DNA from: an uncultured Leptospiraceae bacterium
GTDB taxonomy: Bacteria > Spirochaetota > Leptospiria > Leptospirales > Leptonemataceae
Direction: 5' to 3'
Length of the DNA: 46,942 nt
Assembly: GCA_964619995.1 (NCBI GenBank)
Contig: CAZUJO010000001.1
Coordinates: 1-46,942, forward strand
The notes beneath the pieces are model-generated. The model saw nothing but the letters and a program-made list of their open reading frames with translations, was not told the origin of the DNA and did no database searches. Position numbers and translations under genes: made by a program. Positions 1 through 7,215 of the stretch are shown here, one piece after another; the first letter of the stretch is position 1; every line of letters begins with the position of its first letter.

Positions 1-98
1 GCACGGATGAATCTCATCGCGCTCGAATGATGCAGAAATTGAATATCAACAATGTTCCAGGTCTCGTTAAGTTCGCCATGCAAAAAGGGTTGGTCTAG
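1..98 (+). CDS. 3' end of a LuxR/FixJ (NarL)-type HTH regulator; partial, start lies outside the window
   Basis: The frame ending at TAG 96..98 reads TDESHRARMMQKLNINNVPGLVKFAMQKGLV*. This is the typical last helices of a LuxR-type HTH domain. Confidence 0.6.
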   Translation, partial: TDESHRARMMQKLNINNVPGLVKFAMQKGLV

Positions 99-142
99 CC
101 TTCGTTCCGTAGTGCTACGGAAAAAAACAGAATCACTACGCA

Positions 143-171
143 TTGCATTCGCGCATTCGCTGTGCTATTCT
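143..171 (+). promoter_or_regulatory. Candidate sigma70-type promoter for the chemosensory operon: -35 TTGCAT, 17-nt spacer, extended -10 TGcTATTCT
   Basis: TTGCAT is at 143..148, TG at 163..164 and TATTCT at 166..171. The predicted start site (~178) is only ~4 nt before ATG 182, and that ATG has no Shine-Dalgarno sequence. This suggests a near-leaderless transcript. Confidence 0.3.
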
Positions 172-181
172 AAGCCTTCGA

Positions 182-478
182 ATGAACTATTTCACGAAAG
201 GCGGGCAGTCCCATATCCACATTTCGCCGGACGATCTTCGCGAGAGTCCCGGTAAGCTTCGCGCGTACCTGGATTCGCTCGAGCCGACCTTTTCTGACAC
301 GGTGGTGGTTCATGCGGGTCCGTCAGGCGAAGTGACGGCAGGTTTGATCGCGCTCGCGCTTACCCTTGCCCGGCATGTAAAGCAGGGCGGCCGGCGGGTG
401 GCGCTCGATGTGGACAATGAAACTGCTGAGATTCTGCGCCCGCTCGGAGTGGCACGAATTATGGAGCTGGCCGGCTGA
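182..478 (+). CDS. STAS-domain protein (anti-sigma-factor-antagonist / SpoIIAA-MlaB-like)
   Basis: 98 aa from ATG 182; the ORF track starts at TTG 143. The segment VVVHAGPSGEVTAGLIALALTLARHVKQGGRRVALDVDNETAEILRPLGV resembles a STAS core, with Thr in the usual phospho-Ser position. Its TGA (476..478) overlaps the cheA ATG (478..480). Confidence 0.55.
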   Translation: MNYFTKGGQSHIHISPDDLRESPGKLRAYLDSLEPTFSDTVVVHAGPSGEVTAGLIALALTLARHVKQGGRRVALDVDNETAEILRPLGVARIMELAG

Positions 479-2874
479 TGTTTGAGCAGCTCGACAACCT
501 TCGCGCCGAGTTTGTGGCGGAAGCAAGAGACCTTCTGGATCGTGCGGAGGAGTGCGCCCTTCGTCTTGAGGCGAATCACACCACAGAAGGCATGATGGAG
601 CTCTTTCGACACATCCATACTGTGAAGGGCAACACTGCGATTCTGGAAAATGCGGAAATCGGACGGCTGGCTCACGAGCTCGAAACGGAGCTGGACGACG
701 CGCGTCACTCAGAGAAGCCGCTGAGCCATGCACAAATTGAGCGCGTTCTCACGGTAGTCGATCGACTTCGCATCCTGCTTGGCGAATCAGAGAAACCACA
801 AACTGAAAAGCCCGCGTTAGAAGAGGCGAGGCCGCTTGCGAGCGAGCCGATTTTGAATGATTCCCTGACCGCGCGGGAAACCGGCGTGAGTCAAAAGGAG
901 GTCGAGAATCCCGCTCCGGAAAAAAACCGCAGATTGAGAATCCCCGCAAAGTTTGTGGAGCGTGCGCGTTCCGAGGGAAAGACACTCAGCATTGTGACTC
1001 TCGATCTCGCGCGTGATCCCCGCGCCGATCTGAAGTCTTCACTTGAATCGTTTCAGTCGATCTGGCAGGACGCGACTGTTCTCGGAGCAAGCATCCGCGA
1101 AGATCGGCTCGGAAGTCTTGAGGATGGACAGTCCTATTCACTGCCGTGCTCCTTTCTCATCCTTACAAATGGAAACCCGGCAGCGGCTCTGCAGCAGTCA
1201 AACTGGCAGCCGGATCATTTTCAAATCCTCTACGAAACTGAGACTGCGCCCGTTCAAAGAGAAGTGATTCGCGCCGAAGAAACAGTCCGCGCCGAAGAAA
1301 CGCACCTTCGTGTCTCCGTATCTCTGATTGACCGGCTGATTCAGCTGGCGGGAGAAACCGTCGGGGCGCGCAATGAATTCCTTTTAAAGCTGCGCAAAGA
1401 CCCGGCTCTCCTGCGGGCGAGCGGAAGAATCAGCAGCCTGATCACGCGCCTTCAGGAAGAAATCATGCGCGCGAGATTGCAGCCTTTGCGCGTCTTCTTT
1501 CAGAGGCTGCCCCGTCTCGTTCGCGACACTGCCGCTGCTACAGGAAAAGAGGTTCACCTCTCCGTGCAGGGAGACTCGGTGGAACTCGACAAGAGACTGC
1601 TCGACACCATCGCAGATCCGATGGTGCATCTGATTCGCAATGCGATCGATCACGGTCTTGAAAGCCCGGAAGAACGAGTTCGCGCAGGAAAGCCGCGCGC
1701 CGGCTCGCTCCTGGTCGTTGCGCAGCTAATCGGAGGAAGCGTTGCCATCCGCATTGAGGATGACGGCCGCGGACTCAACTATCCCGCCATTCTGAAAGCG
1801 GCAACCGCGCGCGGTCTGGTTGATGCGGCAAGAGCTCAGACGCTCTCCAACGAAGAAATCGCGCAGTTCATCTTTCATCCCGGCCTGAGCACGAAAGACA
1901 AAGTCACAGAGACATCGGGCCGCGGGATTGGGATGGATGTTGTCCGCAGCAGTTTTGAGAACGCAGGCGGATCTATTGTTCTAACGAGCGTTCCGGGCAA
2001 AGGGACTTCATTTACCGCTTCGCTGCCGCAGACGCTTTCGATCATCACATGCCTGGTCGTGCGAGTCGCAGATCACCGGTTTGCAGTGCCGCAGATGAAC
2101 ATTGTGGAGCTCGTGCGATTCCACCAGAGCGAAGTTACGCACATGAGCAGCGCATCGGTGTATCGCCTGCGTTCGCAGCTGCTGCCCATCGTTGACCTGC
2201 AGAAAGTCCTCTACGACACGCCGGGCGAAAACACGCGGTTCCTCATCGTGGCTCGATCGGAGCGGGGCCTGTATGGAATTGCGGTGGATTCGCTGGACAA
2301 TCCCGAAGAGATTCTCGTAAAACCAATCGGACGTCAGTTTCAGGATACAGGCCTCTATGCCGGCGCAGCCGTGCTCGCGGACGGTTCCGCAGTCCCGATC
2401 CTCGATACGGGCGGGCTTGCGAGATCTGTAAATCTGTCGAACTCGGGCGTTGAATCGGTCGCACAGATCGAGAGCAGAACCGCAGACGCCGCGTTTTCAG
2501 GGCTTGTGTTTCGCTACTCTGGTTCTGATTTTGCGCTGCCGCTTGAGTGTTTCCCTCGAGTGGAGAAGAAATCCCGTTATGCGATCGAGGACAGTCTCGG
2601 AGTCCAGATCGTACACCATACGGTCGGAGCCATTCCTCTTCTTCGCCTCGAATCCTGTCTGCCTGTGCGCAGCGGCGAAGGCAAGTTCCTTGTCATCTTC
2701 TCGGAGGGCGGCCGCCATTGCGCCGTGCTCGCAGACGAGGCCGTCCGCGTAAGCCAGGAACTGCCTCCCGTTGAGCTCACAGCAGAAAGTAAGGCTGTTC
2801 TTGGGCGCTGCACTGTGGATGAGAAGAGCATCATCGTGCTTTCTCCGCGGGGACTCATGGAGCGTGCGGCATGA
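478..2874 (+). CDS. cheA: Chemotaxis histidine kinase CheA with Hpt (P1), dimerisation, HATPase and two consecutive CheW-like domains
   Basis: The P1 motif is FRHIHTVKGN. The ATPase region contains DPMVHLIRNAIDHG, IEDDGRGL and SGRGIGMDVV. A P5 CheW-like domain (VVRVADHRFAVPQ...ILDTGGL) is followed by a second CheW-like domain (GLVFRYSGSDFALPLE...IIVLSPRGL). Confidence 0.95.
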   Translation: MFEQLDNLRAEFVAEARDLLDRAEECALRLEANHTTEGMMELFRHIHTVKGNTAILENAEIGRLAHELETELDDARHSEKPLSHAQIERVLTVVDRLRILLGESEKPQTEKPALEEARPLASEPILNDSLTARETGVSQKEVENPAPEKNRRLRIPAKFVERARSEGKTLSIVTLDLARDPRADLKSSLESFQSIWQDATVLGASIREDRLGSLEDGQSYSLPCSFLILTNGNPAAALQQSNWQPDHFQILYETETAPVQREVIRAEETVRAEETHLRVSVSLIDRLIQLAGETVGARNEFLLKLRKDPALLRASGRISSLITRLQEEIMRARLQPLRVFFQRLPRLVRDTAAATGKEVHLSVQGDSVELDKRLLDTIADPMVHLIRNAIDHGLESPEERVRAGKPRAGSLLVVAQLIGGSVAIRIEDDGRGLNYPAILKAATARGLVDAARAQTLSNEEIAQFIFHPGLSTKDKVTETSGRGIGMDVVRSSFENAGGSIVLTSVPGKGTSFTASLPQTLSIITCLVVRVADHRFAVPQMNIVELVRFHQSEVTHMSSASVYRLRSQLLPIVDLQKVLYDTPGENTRFLIVARSERGLYGIAVDSLDNPEEILVKPIGRQFQDTGLYAGAAVLADGSAVPILDTGGLARSVNLSNSGVESVAQIESRTADAAFSGLVFRYSGSDFALPLECFPRVEKKSRYAIEDSLGVQIVHHTVGAIPLLRLESCLPVRSGEGKFLVIFSEGGRHCAVLADEAVRVSQELPPVELTAESKAVLGRCTVDEKSIIVLSPRGLMERAA
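1270..1305 (+). repeat. In-frame 18-bp tandem duplication inside cheA (RAEETV/RAEETH)
   Basis: cgcgccgaagaaac occurs at 1270..1283 and again at 1288..1301 (14/14 identical, period 18, codon-aligned). Confidence 0.9.
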
Positions 2875-3290
2875 GGCATGAGCAGCAATATTTGTCCTTT
2901 CGTCTGCGCGGCGTGCGATACGGAATTCCGCTTGGAGCCTGTCAGGAAGTGAGCCTGCGCTTTCGCATAAATCCTGTTCCGCGCGCACGGCCTTATCTGG
3001 CCGGTATCATGAACCTGCGCGGAGAAGTCGTAACGGTTGTCGATCTCGGCCTTCTGCTTGTTCCGGATGGAAAGCAGTGCGAAGGCGGCGCCGTGATTCG
3101 CCTGAAGAGCAAAGAGCAGTCTGTAGCGTTTCAGGTCGATCGAATCGAAGATATTGTGACCGCGGACGCTGAACTCGCCCCGCCGCCGCCGCACCTGTCA
3201 GAGGCTCACTTGAAACTGATGGCCGGTGTATTGCAGCGGCCCGACGGAGTCGTGCAGATCGTGAGTCCCGCTGGAATTTTGAATGTTTAA
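2871..3290 (+). CDS. cheW: Chemotaxis coupling protein CheW
   Basis: 139 aa single CheW-like domain (YLSFRLRGVRYGIPL...IMNLRGEVVTVVDLG...). There is an ATGA overlap with the cheA stop. Confidence 0.9.
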   Translation: MRHEQQYLSFRLRGVRYGIPLGACQEVSLRFRINPVPRARPYLAGIMNLRGEVVTVVDLGLLLVPDGKQCEGGAVIRLKSKEQSVAFQVDRIEDIVTADAELAPPPPHLSEAHLKLMAGVLQRPDGVVQIVSPAGILNV

Positions 3291-3302
3291 TCGGAGGAAC
3301 CT

Positions 3303-4967
3303 GTGAAAGATCAGAAGAAGTTTGAAGAAAAGAAAATAATGAGCGTAAGTCTTACGGGCAAAGAGCGCATCATGGACGATGCGGACATTCTAGTGTCCAT
3401 GACGGATTTGAAGAGCCGCGTCGTATACGCGAACAACGCCTTCTTGAAAATCGCCGGTTATAAAGCCGAAGAACTCATCGGAAAGACGCATAACGTTGTC
3501 CGTCATCCTCTCATGCCGAGGTCGGCTTTCAAGGATTTCTGGGAAACCCTCCAGGCGGGCAAGCCGTGGAACGGCGTTGTTGTGAATCGAGCAACCAACG
3601 GCGATCACTACTGGGTCGATGCCAGCGTGGCTCCGCGATTTGAGAATGGCGTGCTGGTAGGCTATATGTCCGTGCGTCGGAAACCTTCCCGCGCGCAGGT
3701 AGAAAAGGCGGCACGCCTTTACCGTGATATCCTGGATGGAAAGGCGGCATTTCCCTCCTCCGATCGCAAGCAGTTGTCCATACGAAAGAAATTCTGGCTT
3801 TTCCTTGGGTCGATTGTCGCCGGTATCCTGACTCTGGGAGCCGAGGGAGCAGCGGGCATCTTTCACGGAGCCGTGGAGATGGTATTTGCAGTGGTCCTTT
3901 CCGGCATCGTAATCGGGCTCGGCGTCGCTCTCATCAATTCTGTTCTGAATCCTCTGCGTGAGGCTGCGGACTACGCCCGAATGATCTCGACGGGGGACTT
4001 GAGCGTCAGGGTCCCGCACAACCGCAACGATGAAGTGGGCGAATTGTTTCAGGCGCTTTTGACCATGCTCGTGAACACGGGCGCCGTCGTTGCCCAGATT
4101 ATGGAAAGCGTCGGCTCTCTGGATGCGGCGGCGGGAAATCTAACCAGCGCAAGCACAAGCCTCAGCGCCGGGCTCGACAAGGTGGCTCAGCAGTCCGAGA
4201 AGTTCACGGGAATTGCGGCCGCGGCCACACAGATGAACACGAACCTGCAGTCGGTAACTTCCGCCACAGAAGAGATGTCCATTTCCATTCAGGAAGTGGC
4301 TCGAAAGTCTTCTGACTCCGCAAGCGTTGCGGAAAAAGCGCAGAAGACATCCAGCCAGATGAATGATCTTGTCAAAGAGCTTGGCCTGAATGCGCGCGAA
4401 ATCGGCAAAGTGATTGAAAGCATTTCAGAAATTGCCTCGCAGACAAACCTGCTGGCTTTGAACGCCGCAATTGAAGCCGCGGGAGCCGGAGAGGCGGGCA
4501 AGGGATTTGCCGTGGTTGCCTCAGAGGTGAAGGAGCTGGCGCGCCAGTCGGCCGAATCATCTGACGAGATCAAAGACAAGATCGAGGCCATACAGTCATC
4601 GACCGAGAACGTCATCAGCGCAATCGGAAGCATCACAGGAATTATCTCGCAGATCAACGAAATCGCAGGCTCGATCGCAAGCGCGGTCGAAGAACAGGCG
4701 ATCACGACCCGTGAGATTGCCGCCAACATCAACCAGACGGCTGCGGCTTCGAACGACGTAACGGCAAGCATCAATGGGATTTCTACGGCCGTCCTTTCCG
4801 GAGACCAGGAATCCGCCAGCTTTGGCGAGCTGGCTGGTGATCTTAAAAATCTCGCAGGAGATCTGAACCAAGTCGTGAAGCGGTTCAGGTTGTCGTCTAA
4901 CGGTGCCAGCGACGCATCGACTCCCACTCTTACGGATCATGCTGACATGACTCCCGAGTTCGTCTAA
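3303..4967 (+). CDS. aer: Aer-like methyl-accepting chemotaxis protein: N-terminal cytoplasmic FAD-type PAS, TM hairpin, HAMP, MCP signalling domain
   Basis: The PAS region HNVVRHPLMPRSAFKDFWETLQAGKPWNGVVVNRATNGDHYWVDASVAPRFENGVLVGYMSVRR closely matches the E. coli Aer PAS signature (HN.VRHP.MP..AF.D.W..L..G.PW.G.V.NR..NGDHYWV......GYMS.R). Two adjacent hydrophobic helices and a HAMP follow. The conserved MCP tip is IASQTNLLALNAAIEAAGAGEAGKGFAVVASEVKELA. The GTG start is preceded by GGAGG (3293..3297). Confidence 0.9.
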   Translation: MKDQKKFEEKKIMSVSLTGKERIMDDADILVSMTDLKSRVVYANNAFLKIAGYKAEELIGKTHNVVRHPLMPRSAFKDFWETLQAGKPWNGVVVNRATNGDHYWVDASVAPRFENGVLVGYMSVRRKPSRAQVEKAARLYRDILDGKAAFPSSDRKQLSIRKKFWLFLGSIVAGILTLGAEGAAGIFHGAVEMVFAVVLSGIVIGLGVALINSVLNPLREAADYARMISTGDLSVRVPHNRNDEVGELFQALLTMLVNTGAVVAQIMESVGSLDAAAGNLTSASTSLSAGLDKVAQQSEKFTGIAAAATQMNTNLQSVTSATEEMSISIQEVARKSSDSASVAEKAQKTSSQMNDLVKELGLNAREIGKVIESISEIASQTNLLALNAAIEAAGAGEAGKGFAVVASEVKELARQSAESSDEIKDKIEAIQSSTENVISAIGSITGIISQINEIAGSIASAVEEQAITTREIAANINQTAAASNDVTASINGISTAVLSGDQESASFGELAGDLKNLAGDLNQVVKRFRLSSNGASDASTPTLTDHADMTPEFV

Positions 4968-4983
4968 AGCAACGAGACAAGTG

Positions 4984-6012
4984 ATGTCAGAAGCGCGCGT
5001 CTCCGTTTTGATTGTGGATGATTCGCCGGCGTACCGCAGTGTGCTGCGCGATGTGCTGGCGGAGGACCCTCGGATTGATCTGATCGGTCAGGCTTCGAAT
5101 GGCAGGCTTGCTCTGCCGCGAATCCGCTTTCACAGACCGAATGTCGTGATCCTCGATCAGGAGATGCCTGAGATGGACGGCATCTCCACGCTCAAAGAGA
5201 TTCGCGCGCAATGGCCTGAAGTCAACGTCGTTATGTTCAGCTCCCGAACCGAGCGGGGCGCGGCGATCACAATCCGCGCACTGGAGCTTGGCGCAGCCGA
5301 TTTTCTCGCGAAGCCCAGGCCCGGCGTAGTGGACTTGCCGGGTTATCTCAGATCTCACTTGCTTCCGCGCGTTCTCGCATTTGCTCCCCGCGCAAAGGAG
5401 ACGGTCACCGCTTCCCCGCGAAACAAGCTGCAGGGAGAGTTTCATGCTGTAGTGGTCGGTGTATCGACCGGCGGTCCGCCTGCGCTGAAAACGATGCTTT
5501 CAGGGCTTCGTCCCGGTTTGACGGCGCCAATCCTGATTGTTCAGCACATGCCGCCCATCTTCACCGCACAGCTTGCGCGGACGCTCGGAGAATCGTCGGC
5601 GGTTCCCGTCAGGGAAGCGGAGAACGGCGACTCGATCGAGGCGGGCCACGTGTACATTGCCCCCGGCGGTCGTCACATGGAGGTCAATCCTGCGGGTTCA
5701 CGTTTGCGCATAACGGATGCGCCGCCTGAATTGAGCTGCCGGCCGTCGGCGAATGTGCTTTTTCGTTCCGCGGCCCAGGCCTACGGGCAGGCCCTGCTCG
5801 GGATCATTATGACGGGCATGGGCGAAGACGGATATCTGGGCGCCCTTGAGTTGAAGGCCGGCGGCGGGAAGCTGATGGCCCAGAGTGAGGAGAGTTGTCT
5901 CATATTCGGAATGCCTGCAAGACCCATTCGTGAAGGACTTGCCGACGAAGTTCTCGATCCATCCGAGATTTCGAGACGTTTGAATCACTTGTTGTCAGGA
6001 GTAACTGTATGA
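4984..6012 (+). CDS. cheB: Protein-glutamate methylesterase CheB (REC plus esterase)
   Basis: REC region: VLIVDDS...VILDQEMPEMDG. Esterase motifs: GVSTGGPPAL, VQHMP, GMGEDG. GTG 4981 is an alternative start. Confidence 0.92.
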   Translation: MSEARVSVLIVDDSPAYRSVLRDVLAEDPRIDLIGQASNGRLALPRIRFHRPNVVILDQEMPEMDGISTLKEIRAQWPEVNVVMFSSRTERGAAITIRALELGAADFLAKPRPGVVDLPGYLRSHLLPRVLAFAPRAKETVTASPRNKLQGEFHAVVVGVSTGGPPALKTMLSGLRPGLTAPILIVQHMPPIFTAQLARTLGESSAVPVREAENGDSIEAGHVYIAPGGRHMEVNPAGSRLRITDAPPELSCRPSANVLFRSAAQAYGQALLGIIMTGMGEDGYLGALELKAGGGKLMAQSEESCLIFGMPARPIREGLADEVLDPSEISRRLNHLLSGVTV

Positions 6013-6854
6013 CAGCGGGAACGATTGAGCTTGCGCGGATCAAGTCAGTGATTCGTTCAGTGACCGGCGTCGTCATTGACGCAAAGAATGAATATCTCAT
6101 TGCATCGCGGCTCGGTCCGCTTCTTGAGGAATTCGGACTGGCCTCCTTCGATCAGTTCGCAGACAGGCTCGAGGCCAGAAATGATGAGCAGATGCAGAGA
6201 AAGTTTCTCGAGCGCATCACGACTCATGAGACGCGCTTCTTTCGCGACGAGAGCACTTTTGCCGCTTTGAGCGAGCAGATGATTCCGGAATGGATGGAGC
6301 GCACGCGGTCCAAACAACTGCGCATCTGGTCGGCTGCTTCCTCCACTGGACAGGAGCCTTACTCGATCGCCATGCTCATTCATCATCGCTTTCCGCAGAT
6401 CTTTCAGGATCTTTACATACTCGCGACGGACATCAGTGATGCATGTTCCGAGCGCGCTCAAACCGGCGTCTTTACAGAATATGAAATCAATCGAGGACTG
6501 CCCGAGGACTTCCTGAAAAGATATTTCACCGCGACACAGGACGGATACCAGATCAGCGCGGAAATACGATCGAAAGTGCAATTCCTGCCGCACAACCTTC
6601 TTTCCCTTCCATACTCGGGAACGTTTGATCTCGTATTTTGCCGCAACGTCCTGATCTACTTTGACCTGGACGTGCGCAAGAAGATCCTCGAGGGACTGCA
6701 GAGCGTTCTTACGAGCGACGGCTTTCTGATTCTCGGCGCGGCAGAGACGCCCACCGGCCTGCTTGAGTCCTACGTGATTCGGCAGTTCGGTTTGACCCGC
6801 TATTATGAGCTCAATTCGAGCAATTTTACTTTAGCACCCAGGTTCGGAGGTTGA
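6009..6854 (+). CDS. cheR: Chemotaxis protein methyltransferase CheR
   Basis: Motifs: TRFFRDESTF, LRIWSAASSTGQEPYSIAML, FCRNVLIYFD. There is an ATGA overlap with the cheB stop (6009..6012). Confidence 0.92.
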   Translation: MTAGTIELARIKSVIRSVTGVVIDAKNEYLIASRLGPLLEEFGLASFDQFADRLEARNDEQMQRKFLERITTHETRFFRDESTFAALSEQMIPEWMERTRSKQLRIWSAASSTGQEPYSIAMLIHHRFPQIFQDLYILATDISDACSERAQTGVFTEYEINRGLPEDFLKRYFTATQDGYQISAEIRSKVQFLPHNLLSLPYSGTFDLVFCRNVLIYFDLDVRKKILEGLQSVLTSDGFLILGAAETPTGLLESYVIRQFGLTRYYELNSSNFTLAPRFGG

Positions 6855-6855
6855 T

Positions 6856-7215
6856 ATGAAAACTGTGCTGGCTGTGGACGATTCGCAGGCTATGTTGAAG
6901 ATGGTGCAGCAAACGCTGCAGATAGGCGGTTATCGCGTTGTGGTGGCGGCCGATGGGAAAGAGGGGCTTGCAAAATTCCAGGAGGACCCGGAGATCAATC
7001 TTGTCATCACGGACATCAACATGCCCGTAATGGACGGGATTTCCTTCATCAAACACCTGAGAGCTGCGAACAAAGACATTCCGATTCTCACACTGACGAC
7101 CGAGTCAGAAGAACCCATGAAGCAGTCCGGCTTCGCTGCCGGCGCAAACGGATGGATCGTGAAGCCGTTTCGCCCTGCGCAGTTTCTCGATATCGTGCGC
7201 CAGATTCTGAGCTGA
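6856..7215 (+). CDS. cheY: Single-domain response regulator CheY
   Basis: 119 aa. Motifs: VLAVDDS, LVITDINMPVMDG, LTLTTE, WIVKPF. GGAGG lies inside the cheR 3' end, and a 1-nt gap follows the cheR stop. Confidence 0.9.
   Translation: MKTVLAVDDSQAMLKMVQQTLQIGGYRVVVAADGKEGLAKFQEDPEINLVITDINMPVMDGISFIKHLRAANKDIPILTLTTESEEPMKQSGFAAGANGWIVKPFRPAQFLDIVRQILS

Noticed and set aside
105-122. 8-bp hairpin TTCCGTAG-TG-CTACGGAA just after the LuxR-type gene stop.
   Set aside because: It is followed by an A-run rather than a T-run on the transcribed strand, and the loop is only 2 nt. It is not a canonical intrinsic terminator. A similar CCGTA-N4-TACGG hairpin at 15316..15331 looked like a possible repeat family, but I found no further copies.
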